Origin: Micrococcus sp. | GTDB taxonomy: Bacteria; Actinomycetota; Actinomycetes; Actinomycetales; Micrococcaceae | DNA length: 64,000 nt | Direction: 5' to 3' | Assembly: GCF_030523875.1 (NCBI RefSeq) | Contig: NZ_JAUNHR010000001.1 | Span: 360-64,359 of the forward strand | In this document: piece by piece, positions 10,952 through 20,247 of the stretch | How the letters are laid out: the number at the start of each line of letters is the position of its first letter | Numbering within the stretch: position 1 is the first letter of the stretch | Made by a program: the position numbers and the translations under genes | The notes under the pieces: generated by a model | Databases searched by the model: none | What the model was told of the DNA's origin: nothing | Seen by the model: only the letters and a program-made list of their open reading frames with translations

Positions 10952-12196
10952 TCAGCGCGGGTCGGGCACCCTCTGGCCCTTGGACAGGACGGTCAGGCCG
11001 GACTCGGTGACGGTGTAGCCGTTGGCCTCGTCCTCGGCTCGGTCGAAGCCGATGCGGGCGCCCGCCGGGACCACCACGTTCTTGTCCAGGATGGCGTTGC
11101 GCACGTGGGCGCCCTCGCCGACGACGACGGAGTCCAGCAGCACGGACTGCTCCACCCACGCCTCGTTCTGGACGCGGACGTCGGTCGAGAGCACGGACTG
11201 CGCCACGGTGCCGCCGGAGACGACCACGCCCTGGGACAGGATCGAGTCGCCGGCCGTGCCGGGTCGGCGGGAGGCCGAGCGGACCAGCTTGGCGGGCGGG
11301 GACACGGACTGGCGCGTGTACAGCGGCCACTGCCGGTTGTAGAGGTTGAACTCGGGCCACGGCTGCACCAGGTCCATGTGCGCGTCGTAGTACGAGTCGA
11401 GCGTGCCGACGTCGCGCCAGTAGTGCTTGCCCGGGGTGCCGCCCGGGACCTCGTTGGTGGTGAAGTCGTACACGCCGGCCTCGCCGCGGGCCACGAAGGC
11501 CGGGATGATGTCCCCGCCCATGTCGTGGTCCGACTCCGGGTTCGCGTCGTCCTGGTTGAGCGCCTCCACGAGCGCATCCGTGTCGAAGACGTAGTTGCCC
11601 ATGGACGCCAGGAACTGGCCCGGGTCGTCCGGCAGGCCCGGCGTGGTCGCCGGCTTCTCCACGAACGCCTTGATGCGCCCCGGGTCCGACGGATCGGTCT
11701 CGATCACGCCGAACTGGTCGGCGAGCTCGAGCGGCTGGCGCACCGCGGCCACCGTGGCCTTGGCCCCCGAGGCGACGTGCTGGTCCACCATCTGCTGGAA
11801 GTCCATGTGGTAGACGTGGTCGGCCCCGATCACCACCACGATGTCCGGCCGGGCGTCCGAGATGAGGTTCATGGACTGGAAGATGGCGTTCGCGCTGCCC
11901 GTGAACCAGTCCTTGCCGCGGCGCTGCTGCGCAGGGACGGTGGCCACGTAGTTGTTCAGCATCGTGGACATCCGCCATGTCTCGGAGATGTGCCGGTCGA
12001 GGGAGTGCGACTTGTACTGCGTGAGCACCACGATCTCGCGGTACCGGGAGTTGACCAGGTTCGAGAGGGCGAAGTCGATGAGCCGGTAGTCGCCGCCGAA
12101 CGGGACGGCGGGCTTGGCACGGTCCGCGGTGAGCGGCATGAGGCGCTTGCCCTCACCTCCCGCGAGCACCACCGAGAGGACCTTCTTCTGCACCAT
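10952..12196 (-). CDS. glgC: glucose-1-phosphate adenylyltransferase
   Basis: [50 protein letters not shown] is the classic GlgC N-terminus. 414 aa. Confidence 0.9.
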   Translation of the reverse strand: MVQKKVLSVVLAGGEGKRLMPLTADRAKPAVPFGGDYRLIDFALSNLVNSRYREIVVLTQYKSHSLDRHISETWRMSTMLNNYVATVPAQQRRGKDWFTGSANAIFQSMNLISDARPDIVVVIGADHVYHMDFQQMVDQHVASGAKATVAAVRQPLELADQFGVIETDPSDPGRIKAFVEKPATTPGLPDDPGQFLASMGNYVFDTDALVEALNQDDANPESDHDMGGDIIPAFVARGEAGVYDFTTNEVPGGTPGKHYWRDVGTLDSYYDAHMDLVQPWPEFNLYNRQWPLYTRQSVSPPAKLVRSASRRPGTAGDSILSQGVVVSGGTVAQSVLSTDVRVQNEAWVEQSVLLDSVVVGEGAHVRNAILDKNVVVPAGARIGFDRAEDEANGYTVTESGLTVLSKGQRVPDPR

Positions 12197-12307
12197 CGTG
12201 GGACCACTTCCTCGTGACTGGGCGTCGTCGTCGGGGCCGGTCAGGTGACCCCCGGACCGGGCCCCGCCAGACTATCGGCACGCCGGGGCGGGGACTAGGT
12301 TGGAGGC

Positions 12308-13504
12308 GTGCGCATCGACATCGTGACCAAAGAGTTCCCCCCGTCCGTCTACGGCGGCGCCGGCGTCCACGTAGCCGAGCTGACCCGGGTCCTGGCCTCC
12401 CGGGCCGACGTCCGCGTCCACGCCTTCGGCGCGCCCCGGGACGCCGACTACCACGGCGCGACCGTCCACGCCTACGAGCAGCCGGCCGGGTTCGAGTCGG
12501 CGAACGGTGCGGTGCAGACCCTGGCCACGGACCTGTCGATCCTCGAGCACCTCGAGGGCGCGGACGTGATCCACTCCCACACCTGGTACGCCAACATGGC
12601 CGGCCACCTGGGCGGGCTCATGCACGACATCCCGCACGTGCTCTCCGCCCACTCCCTGGAGCCGCTGCGGCCCTGGAAGGCCGAGCAGCTCGGCGGCGGG
12701 TACGCCCTCTCCGGCTGGGCCGAGTCCACCGCCTACCACGGCGCGGCCGCCGTGATCGCGGTCTCCGAGGGCATGCGCCGGGACATCCTGCGCTGCTACC
12801 CGGACGTGGACCCGGCGAAGGTCCACACCGTGCACAACGGCATCGACACCGAGCTGTGGACCCCGCAGACCGGGTCGTCCGCCCTGGAGAAGTACGGGAT
12901 CGACCCGTCCCGCCCGTCCGTGGCCTTCGTCGGCCGCATCACGCGCCAGAAGGGCGTGCCGCACCTGCTGCGCGCCGCACTGCGCCTGCCCGAGGACGTC
13001 CAGCTCGTGCTGTGCGTCGGCGCCCCCGACACCCAGGAGCTCGCCCACGAGGTCAACGGCCTGATCGCCCGCCTGCGCGAGGAGCGCGACGGCGTCGTGG
13101 TGGTGGAGGGCATGATCCCGCGGGCCGAGGTCATGGAGATCCTCTCCGCAGCCACCGTGTTCGCGTGCCCGTCCGTCTACGAGCCCCTCGGCATCGTCAA
13201 CCTGGAGGCCATGGCGTGCGGCACCGCCGTTGTCGCCTCGGCGGTCGGCGGGATCCCCGAGGTCGTGGAGGACGGCGTGACCGGCCTGCTGGTGCCCGTG
13301 GCGCAGGTCGACGACGGCACCGGCACCCCCGTGGACGCGGACGCGTTCGCCGCGGACCTCGCCGACGCACTCACCCGGGTCCTCGAGGACCCGGCCCGGG
13401 CCGAGGAGATGGGCCGGGCCGGCCGCGAGCGCGCGATCGGGCACTTCTCGTGGGAGACCATCGCGGACCGCACCATGGAGGTCTACCGCTCCGTGGCCGG
13501 CTGA
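12308..13504 (+). CDS. glgA: GT4 alpha-glucosyltransferase (actinobacterial GlgA/GlgM-type, ADP-glucose dependent)
   Basis: MRIDIVTKEFPPSVYGGAGVHVAELTRVLA. GT4 EPLGIVNLEAMACGTAVVASAVGGIPEVV. Divergent from glgC, as in mycobacteria (Rv1212c/Rv1213). Confidence 0.85.
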   Translation: MRIDIVTKEFPPSVYGGAGVHVAELTRVLASRADVRVHAFGAPRDADYHGATVHAYEQPAGFESANGAVQTLATDLSILEHLEGADVIHSHTWYANMAGHLGGLMHDIPHVLSAHSLEPLRPWKAEQLGGGYALSGWAESTAYHGAAAVIAVSEGMRRDILRCYPDVDPAKVHTVHNGIDTELWTPQTGSSALEKYGIDPSRPSVAFVGRITRQKGVPHLLRAALRLPEDVQLVLCVGAPDTQELAHEVNGLIARLREERDGVVVVEGMIPRAEVMEILSAATVFACPSVYEPLGIVNLEAMACGTAVVASAVGGIPEVVEDGVTGLLVPVAQVDDGTGTPVDADAFAADLADALTRVLEDPARAEEMGRAGRERAIGHFSWETIADRTMEVYRSVAG

Positions 13505-13526
13505 TCCTCCGGCCAACCCGACGACG

Positions 13527-13561
13527 AGGGCCCCCGCCGCGGGATGCGGCGGGGGCCCTCC
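13527..13561. terminator. bidirectional intrinsic-terminator-like hairpin between convergent glgA and acyl-CoA oxidase
   Basis: Perfect 15-bp inverted repeat GAGGGCCCCCGCCGC-gggat-GCGGCGGGGGCCCTC. Confidence 0.5.
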
Positions 13562-13594
13562 TGCACCGGTGGGTCGGCGCGGGCCGCCCCCGGG

Positions 13595-15721
13595 TCAGCG
13601 GCGGGAGGCCTTCTCCCGGTCCCGGATGACCTTCTCGTCCACCGGCGCCTCGCCCGAGGCGCGCAGGGCGGCGTAGTGGGCGGCCGCTTCGTCCTGGCGC
13701 TCACGCTCGGCGTCCGTGGCGATCTCCATCCGCAGGTGCTCGGGCTGGAGGCCGTACGCCTGGGTCAGCTCGAGCGCGAAGGGGCGCAGGCGCTCGGCGA
13801 GGCGGTTGACGTAGCCGCGCAGGGCGCGGCCCCGCTGGCTGGAGACGCGGCCGTGGGCCACGAACCAGCCCAGGTCGTCCTCGATCAGGCGGAGGGCGTA
13901 GAGATCGCGCAGCCAGGTCAGCACCGTGCGGGTCTGCGTGTCCTCCAGCGCCTCGACCGCGCGGGTGAAGGCCTCCCACTGGAGCAGCTCGGCGTGCATG
14001 CGGGCCACCTCGATCAGCTCGTGCTGCCGGGCATTGAACGCGGCGCTCTGCTCGGCCCGCGGCTTGGAGCGCACGGAGGAGAGGGTTCCGGCGATGTCCG
14101 CCACGCGGGTTCGGACGCGGTCGGTCAGCAGGGAGCGCTGCACCTCGGGGGCCTTGAACCAGTTGGCGGAGCGGCGCTCGTCGCCGCGGTCCTGCACGGA
14201 CTGCACGGCCTTGTGCAGGCCCACGCGATGCAGGGCGTCCGAGGCCTCGGCGGACACGTAGCGGGACACCGCGCCCACGTTGAGGCGGCCGAACTCCTTG
14301 GAGTAGTCGGTCAGCAGGCGCTTGCCCACGAGCTGGAGCAGGACGGTGTTGTCACCCTCGAAGGTGACGAAGATGTCCAGGTCGGCGCGCATCTGCGTGA
14401 GGCGGTTGCGCGCCATGAACCCCATGCCGCCGGTGGCCTCGCGGCACTCCTGGAGGGCGTCCAGGGCGTGCCACGTGGTCAGCGGCTTGATCGCCGCGGC
14501 GAGGGTCTCCAGCTCCTGCCGGTCCTCGTCGGAGGCGTCATGCCCGGAGAAGACCTGGTCGAACTTCTCGAGGAGCTCGTTGGCGGAGAACTGGTCGGCA
14601 TAGGTCCGCGCCAGGCGGTCGATCAGGCGGCGCTGATGGTTCTGGTAGTCCATCAGCAGCTCCTCGCGCTCCGGGTCGGTCGCGTTGAACTGCCGGCGCT
14701 GCTCGGCGTAGGTGATCGCGCCCTGCAGGCCCAGGAACGACGCGCCAGACGCGGCCTGCGCCAGCGAGACGCGTCCCTGCACGAGGGTGCCGAGCATCGT
14801 GAAGAAGCGGCGGCCGGGGGAGGCGATCGGGGACGAGTAGGTCCCGTCCTCGGCGACGTCGCCGTAGCGGTTCAGCAGGTTCGTGCGAGGCACGCGCACG
14901 TGGGTGAAGTGCAGCCGACCGTTGTCGATGCCGTTGAGGCCGCCCTTGAGTCCGTCGTCCTCGCCGCCGACACCGGCCAGGAAGTTCCCGTCCTCGTCAC
15001 GGATGGGCACGTAGAAGCAGTGCACGCCGTGGTTCACGCCGCCCGTGATCAGCTGGGCGAACACCGTGGCCGCGCGGCCGTGCAGGGCGGCGTTGCCGAG
15101 GTAGTCCTTCCACGCCGCCTTGAACGGCGTGTGGATGACGAACTCCTGCGTGTCCTTGTCGTAGGTCGCCGTCGTGCCGATCGAGGCGACGTCGGAGCCG
15201 TGCCCGATCTCCGTCATGGCGAACGCGCCGGGGATGCTCAGGTCCATCGCGCCCGGCAGCCACGCGCGGTGGTGCTCCGTGGTGCCCAGGTGCAGGATCG
15301 CGGAGGAGAACAGGCCCCACTGGACGCCGGCCTTGATCTGCAGTGAGGGGTCCGCGAACACGAGGTCGGCGAACGCGGCGATGTTGCCGCCGTGGTCGTC
15401 CGCGCCGCCGAACTCGGCCGGGAAGGCCCGGTGCATGGTGCCGTTCTCCGCCAGGACGCGGAGCTGGCTCAGGACCCGCTCCCGGTGCTCGTCCATGCCG
15501 AGCAGCGGGTCGCGGTGCATCTGCGGGTCCCGGATCGTCTCCCGCACGGCGCGGCGGGCGTCGGCCCAGCGGCCCAGGAGGGCGTCCTCCAGGGCCGCCG
15601 CGTCGAGCGCGCCCGGCGTGGGGTGCTCGGGGGCGATCTCGTCCACATCGCGGGGGAGGGTCTCCGCCGAGCGGGCGGTGGTGCGGGTGTCGTCCGTGTC
15701 GGGGCGGGTGGTGGTGGTCAT
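13595..15721 (-). CDS. acyl-CoA oxidase / acyl-CoA dehydrogenase family protein
   Basis: 708 aa with the ACAD/ACOX fold (GGMGFMARNRLTQMRADLDIFVTFEGDNTVLLQLV). Its ATG lies 1 nt from the TetR stop (catgtca). Confidence 0.8.
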   Translation of the reverse strand: MTTTTRPDTDDTRTTARSAETLPRDVDEIAPEHPTPGALDAAALEDALLGRWADARRAVRETIRDPQMHRDPLLGMDEHRERVLSQLRVLAENGTMHRAFPAEFGGADDHGGNIAAFADLVFADPSLQIKAGVQWGLFSSAILHLGTTEHHRAWLPGAMDLSIPGAFAMTEIGHGSDVASIGTTATYDKDTQEFVIHTPFKAAWKDYLGNAALHGRAATVFAQLITGGVNHGVHCFYVPIRDEDGNFLAGVGGEDDGLKGGLNGIDNGRLHFTHVRVPRTNLLNRYGDVAEDGTYSSPIASPGRRFFTMLGTLVQGRVSLAQAASGASFLGLQGAITYAEQRRQFNATDPEREELLMDYQNHQRRLIDRLARTYADQFSANELLEKFDQVFSGHDASDEDRQELETLAAAIKPLTTWHALDALQECREATGGMGFMARNRLTQMRADLDIFVTFEGDNTVLLQLVGKRLLTDYSKEFGRLNVGAVSRYVSAEASDALHRVGLHKAVQSVQDRGDERRSANWFKAPEVQRSLLTDRVRTRVADIAGTLSSVRSKPRAEQSAAFNARQHELIEVARMHAELLQWEAFTRAVEALEDTQTRTVLTWLRDLYALRLIEDDLGWFVAHGRVSSQRGRALRGYVNRLAERLRPFALELTQAYGLQPEHLRMEIATDAERERQDEAAAHYAALRASGEAPVDEKVIRDREKASRR

Positions 15722-15722
15722 G

Positions 15723-16376
15723 TCAGTGCTCCTTGATCAGGGGGGACATCAGGGCGGGGGCGTGCAGGCCGCCCAGCAGCCAGCGCGTGACGGCGTCGGC
15801 GGTCTCGTCACGGCCGGGGCGGTCGTCCGCGGGGACGGCGAGCCAGGCCTCGACGACGGCGCGCACCATGCCGACGGCGCCGCGCGGCCACAGTGACAGC
15901 GGCGAGGCCGGCGTCAGGCCCGCGCCCGGCAGGGACCGGGCGAGGCCGTCGGCCAGCACGTGGGACACGCGCTCGAAGAAGGGGCCGAGCACCAGGGCGC
16001 CGTCCGCGTCCGGCTCCGCCTCCGTGATGGCGAAGGCGTAGACGGCGGGGGAGGAGGAGGCCACGGTGAGGCACTCCGCCACCATGCGGTGCAGGGCGGA
16101 GGGTCCGTCCGGTGAGCTGTCCGCGGCCTCCCGCAGGCGCTGCTCGACCCGCTCGGTGACCCGCTCGGCGACGGCCCGGCGCAGGCCGGCGCGGTCGCCG
16201 AAATAGCGGTAGAACACGGACTTGGACGTGCCGGCGTGCGCGGCGATCTCCTCCATGGAGACGCCGGGGCCGAGCTCGTGCACCGCCTCGCGGGCGGCTC
16301 GCACCAGCTCGCGGCGGCGCCGGGCGCGGTGCCGGTCCCAACGCGAGCTGCGTCCGTCGCGGACCGCGGGGTCCAC
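15723..16376 (-). CDS. TetR/AcrR family transcriptional regulator
   Basis: HTH SMEEIAAHAGTSKSVFYRYFGDRAGL. Start uncertain: GTG at 16374-16376, GTG at 16389-16391 or TTG at 16398-16400. Co-directional and tightly linked with the acyl-CoA oxidase. Confidence 0.7.
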   Translation of the reverse strand: MDPAVRDGRSSRWDRHRARRRRELVRAAREAVHELGPGVSMEEIAAHAGTSKSVFYRYFGDRAGLRRAVAERVTERVEQRLREAADSSPDGPSALHRMVAECLTVASSSPAVYAFAITEAEPDADGALVLGPFFERVSHVLADGLARSLPGAGLTPASPLSLWPRGAVGMVRAVVEAWLAVPADDRPGRDETADAVTRWLLGGLHAPALMSPLIKEH

Positions 16377-16379
16377 TGT

Positions 16380-16396
16380 GTCTTGTTTCACAAGAC
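16380..16396. promoter_or_regulatory. putative TetR operator palindrome overlapping a putative promoter of the thiolase operon
   Basis: GTCTTGT-ttc-ACAAGAC is a perfect 7-bp inverted repeat. Putative -35 TTCACA (16387-16392), 17-nt spacer, -10 TACGCT (16410-16415). Local GC drop. Confidence 0.45.
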
Positions 16397-16485
16397 CCAA
16401 TGTATCAGGTACGCTCGGTATCAGTCATCAGGGCGTGACGATGCGCCCCAGCCGATCCCGGGCGCCGCCCGACGGAAGGACCGCC

Positions 16486-17823
16486 ATGAGCACCGAACCC
16501 CGCACCCCCGCCACCGACCGCCCCGCCCTCGCCGGGGGCGCGCTGCGACCCGCCGTCGTGGTGGGCTCCAACCGCATCCCCTTCGCCCGCGCGCACACCG
16601 CGTACCGCGAGGTCACCAACCAGGAGATGCTGACCGCCGCGATCGACGGCCTCGTCGCCCGCTTCGGCCTCCAGGGGGAGCGCCTCGGCCAGGTCACCGC
16701 CGGTGCCGTGCTCAAGCACCCCCGTGACTTCAACCTCACCCGCGAGTGCGTGATGGGTTCCGCCCTGTCCTCCGAGACGCCTGCGGCGGACGTGCAGGTG
16801 GCCTGCGCCACCGGCATGGAGGCCATCGGCACGCTCGCGGACAAGATCCGCCTGGGCCGGATCGACTCCGCCATCGGTGGCGGCGTGGACTCCATCTCCG
16901 ACTCCCCGGTGAGCTACACCGACGGCGCCCGCCGGGTCCTCTTCGACCTCAACGCCGCCAAGACCCTCAAGGACCGCGTCCGCGCCGTCTCCCGGCTGCG
17001 TCCGGGGCACCTGGTGCCCCAGCCCGCCGGCGCCGGCGAGCCCCGTACCGGCATGTCCATGGGCGACCACCAGGCCCTCACCACCCACGAGTGGGGCATC
17101 ACCCGCCAGGCCCAGGACGAGCTGGCCGCCGCCAGCCACCAGCGCCTCGCCGCGGCCTACGACGCCGGCGTCATGGACGACCTCGTCACCCCCTTCCGCG
17201 GCCTGACCCGGGACAACAACCTCCGCCCGGACTCCTCGGTGGAGAAGCTGGCGAAGCTCAAGCCCGCCTTCGGCCGCCACCTCGGGGACGAGGCCACCAT
17301 GACCGCGGGCAACTCCACCCCCCTCACCGACGGCGCGTCCGCCGTGCTGCTCTCCTCCGAGGGCTGGGCGGCCGAGCACGGCCTGCCCGTGCTCGCCGAG
17401 GTGGTGGACGTGGAGAACGCCGCCGTGGACTTCGTGGACGGCCGGGACGGCCTGCTCATGGCGCCGGTGTACGCCGTGCCGCGCCTGCTGGACCGCCACG
17501 GCCTCACGTTGCAGGACCTGGACTTCGTCGAGATCCACGAGGCCTTCGCCGGCACCGTGCTGGCCACGCTGGCCGCATGGGAGGACGAGTCCTTCTGCCG
17601 CGAGCGCCTGGGCCTGTCCGGCGCGCTCGGCTCCGTGGACCGCGCCAAGCTCAACGTGCACGGCTCCTCGCTGGCCGCGGGCCACCCGTTCGCCGCCACC
17701 GGCGGCCGCGTCGTGGGCCTGCTGTCCAAGACCCTGCACGAGGCCGGCGAGGGCTCGCTCGGCCTGGTCTCGGTCTGCGCCGCCGGCGGACAGGGGATCG
17801 TCGCCCTGCTCCGCGGGCGCTGA
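16486..17823 (+). CDS. acetyl-CoA C-acyltransferase (thiolase)
   Basis: Thiolase N- and C-terminal motifs (VACATGMEAIG, NVHGSSLAAGHPFAATGGR, VCAAGGQG). GGAAGGA RBS. Alternative ATG at 16441. Confidence 0.85.
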   Translation: MSTEPRTPATDRPALAGGALRPAVVVGSNRIPFARAHTAYREVTNQEMLTAAIDGLVARFGLQGERLGQVTAGAVLKHPRDFNLTRECVMGSALSSETPAADVQVACATGMEAIGTLADKIRLGRIDSAIGGGVDSISDSPVSYTDGARRVLFDLNAAKTLKDRVRAVSRLRPGHLVPQPAGAGEPRTGMSMGDHQALTTHEWGITRQAQDELAAASHQRLAAAYDAGVMDDLVTPFRGLTRDNNLRPDSSVEKLAKLKPAFGRHLGDEATMTAGNSTPLTDGASAVLLSSEGWAAEHGLPVLAEVVDVENAAVDFVDGRDGLLMAPVYAVPRLLDRHGLTLQDLDFVEIHEAFAGTVLATLAAWEDESFCRERLGLSGALGSVDRAKLNVHGSSLAAGHPFAATGGRVVGLLSKTLHEAGEGSLGLVSVCAAGGQGIVALLRGR

Positions 17824-17893
17824 GCGACCCCGCCCCGTCTCCTCTCCTCCCGCCCCTGGCCGGCGGTCCGCCGCCGGCCGTGAAAGGACCACC

Positions 17894-19258
17894 ATGCCCT
17901 CCTCCGACCCCTATGGCGACCTCGTCCGCAGCCCCCTGGGCCGCCGGCTCACCGGCGCCCTCGGCCTGCCCCGCCCCGCGCAGCTGCGTCGCCTTGAGGT
18001 GGGCACGCCGGAGTTTGGCGGGGACGTCCTCGTCCTCGGCGAGGGCCCCGGCGCCGAGCAGGCCCGCGCCCTGGTCAGCGCCGCGGGCGCCCGCCCCGTG
18101 GCCGAGGCGCCCGCCGAGGGCGGCCTGACCGGCGTCGTGGCGTGCTTCGACGCGGTCGCCCACCCGGGCGACCTCTCCGCCACGGCGCTGGCCCTGGGCG
18201 GAGCCCTGCGCTCCCTGGGCCCCAGCGCGCACGTGGTCACCGTCGTGCGCGACCCCGAACAGGCCGAGGACGCGGCCGAGCGGGCCGCCCGCGCCGGCGT
18301 GGTGGGGCTGACCCGTTCGCTGGCGCACGAGATGCGCCGCGGCGGCACGTCCAACGTCCTGCTGCTGCGCGACGACGCCGCGCTCTCCGACCCCGGCCCC
18401 GCCGGGGCCCTGGCCTTCCTGCTCTCCCCGCGCTCGGCGTTCGTGTCCGGCCAGCCTCTGCCGGTCGGCCCGGGCACCCCGGCACCCACGGGGGCGGCCG
18501 GGGAGGCCGAGGCCCCGCTGGCGGGACGCGTCGCCGTCGTCACGGGCGCGGCCCGGGGCATCGGCGCGGCCATCCTGCGCACGCTCGCCCGGGACGGGGC
18601 CACCGTGATCGGCGTGGACCTGCCCGCGGCGGGCGAGGACCTGATGCGCCTGGTCAACGAGGTGGGCGGCACGGCCCTGGCCCTCGACATCACCGCCCCC
18701 GACGCCGGCCGGCGCCTGCTCGAGCACGCCCGCACCCGCCACGGCCGCCTGGACGTGGTGGTGCACAACGCGGGCATCACGAAGGACCGCATGCTGGCGA
18801 ACATGGACGCGGCCCGGTGGGACGCCGTCATCGCGGTGAACACCGCCTCGCAGCTGGCGATCAACGAGGTCCTGCTGTCCGAGGACGCCAAGGACACCGT
18901 GGCGGCGGACCTGCGGATCGTGGGCCTGGCGTCCATCTCCGGCATCGCGGGCAACCGCGGCCAGACCAACTACGCCGCCTCCAAGGCCGGCGTCATGGGT
19001 CTGACCGCCGCGACCGCTCCCGTGCTCGCCGCCCGCGGCGGCGGCATCACCGCGGTGGCGCCCGGGTTCATCGAGACCGAGATGACCGCCCGCATCCCGA
19101 TGCTCACCCGTGAGCTCGGCCGCCGCCTGAGCTCCCTGCAGCAGGGCGGCCGCCCGGAGGACGTGGCCGAGGCCGTGGCCTTCCTCGCCTCGCCCGCCGC
19201 CTCCGGCGTCAACGGCACCACGCTGCGCGTGTGCGGCCAGGCGATGATGGGGGCATGA
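17894..19258 (+). CDS. fabG4: two-domain 3-oxoacyl-ACP reductase (FabG4-like: N-terminal flavodoxin-like domain plus C-terminal SDR)
   Basis: 454 aa. C-terminal SDR VAVVTGAARGIGAAI...NAG...YAASKAG. Architecture and the adjacent htdX mirror mycobacterial Rv0242c-Rv0241c. Confidence 0.7.
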   Translation: MPSSDPYGDLVRSPLGRRLTGALGLPRPAQLRRLEVGTPEFGGDVLVLGEGPGAEQARALVSAAGARPVAEAPAEGGLTGVVACFDAVAHPGDLSATALALGGALRSLGPSAHVVTVVRDPEQAEDAAERAARAGVVGLTRSLAHEMRRGGTSNVLLLRDDAALSDPGPAGALAFLLSPRSAFVSGQPLPVGPGTPAPTGAAGEAEAPLAGRVAVVTGAARGIGAAILRTLARDGATVIGVDLPAAGEDLMRLVNEVGGTALALDITAPDAGRRLLEHARTRHGRLDVVVHNAGITKDRMLANMDAARWDAVIAVNTASQLAINEVLLSEDAKDTVAADLRIVGLASISGIAGNRGQTNYAASKAGVMGLTAATAPVLAARGGGITAVAPGFIETEMTARIPMLTRELGRRLSSLQQGGRPEDVAEAVAFLASPAASGVNGTTLRVCGQAMMGA

Positions 19259-20154
19259 CCGTGCAGACCCGCCCCCTGACGACCATGCCGGCGCTGGCGC
19301 CGCTGTACGCCCGCGCCGCGGCGCAGGCCGGCCGCGACGCCCTGCGCCGGCGCTCCCGCCCGGCCGAGCTGCCCGCCACCCGGCTGGTGGTGGCCGACCA
19401 CCGGATCGGCGAGGACGCGGTGCGCCGCTGGCGCGAGGGCGTGGGCCCCGTGGACCCGGCCGCGCTGCCCTCGGTGCTGGTGCACACCCAGGTGTTCGGC
19501 GTGGCGATGGAGCTCATGGCGGACCCGGAGTTCCCCCTGCCCCTGCCGGGCATGGTGCACCTGACCAACTCGGTGACGCACCGCCGCCCCGTGGCCGCCG
19601 GGCGTCCCCTGACGGTCACGGCCGAGGCCGTAGGCCTGGTACCGCACCACGCGGGCACCGCGGTGGACCTGCTGGTGCAGGTGCGGGAAGCGGACGCGCC
19701 CGATGACGCCGACCCGGCCTGGGAGGGCGTCTCCCGGTACCTGGCCCGCGGCGTGCACGTCTCCCCGCTGCGGCCCGAGCGCCCCGCGCGCGAGGAGTGG
19801 ACGGCCCCGGCCCTCACGGCGCAGTGGAGCCTCGGCGCCGGAGCGGGTCGCTCCTACGCCCGCGTCTCGGGGGACTGGAACCCCATCCACCTCTCCGCGC
19901 CGTCGGCGAGGGCCTTCGGCCAGAAGGGGGCGATCGCCCACGGCATGCTGCTGGCCGCCCGCATGCTCGAGCGCCGGGAGCCGGCCGCGGCCGGGTTCCG
20001 CTGGGAGATCGCCTTCGAGGCGCCCGTGGTCCTGCCCGGACGCGTGGCCGTGCGCTACGCCGAGGAGGCCGGGGGCCTCACCCGGGTCACCGGCTGGGAC
20101 GCGCGCCGCGGCCGCCGGCACTTCACCGGGTCGATCGCCCCGCTGCAGGGCTGA
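19255..20154 (+). CDS. htdX: MaoC-like (R)-specific hydratase/dehydratase (HtdX-like)
   Basis: Double hotdog. RVSGDWNPIHLSAPSARAFGQKGAIAHGM hydratase motif. Its ATG overlaps the fabG4 TGA (ATGA). Confidence 0.7.
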   Translation: MTVQTRPLTTMPALAPLYARAAAQAGRDALRRRSRPAELPATRLVVADHRIGEDAVRRWREGVGPVDPAALPSVLVHTQVFGVAMELMADPEFPLPLPGMVHLTNSVTHRRPVAAGRPLTVTAEAVGLVPHHAGTAVDLLVQVREADAPDDADPAWEGVSRYLARGVHVSPLRPERPAREEWTAPALTAQWSLGAGAGRSYARVSGDWNPIHLSAPSARAFGQKGAIAHGMLLAARMLERREPAAAGFRWEIAFEAPVVLPGRVAVRYAEEAGGLTRVTGWDARRGRRHFTGSIAPLQG

Positions 20155-20196
20155 CGCCGCCGGCCGGGCCCGCGCCCGGCGGCCCCGGCACGTCCC

Positions 20197-20220
20197 AGCC
20201 CCCGCCCGACGGCGGGGGCT
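20197..20220. terminator. hairpin between convergent htdX and malQ-GT4
   Basis: AGCCCCCGCC-cgac-GGCGGGGGCT, a perfect 10-bp stem. Confidence 0.4.
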
Positions 20221-20247
20221 CGGTCGTGAGAGGACGTCCTCGGGGCG

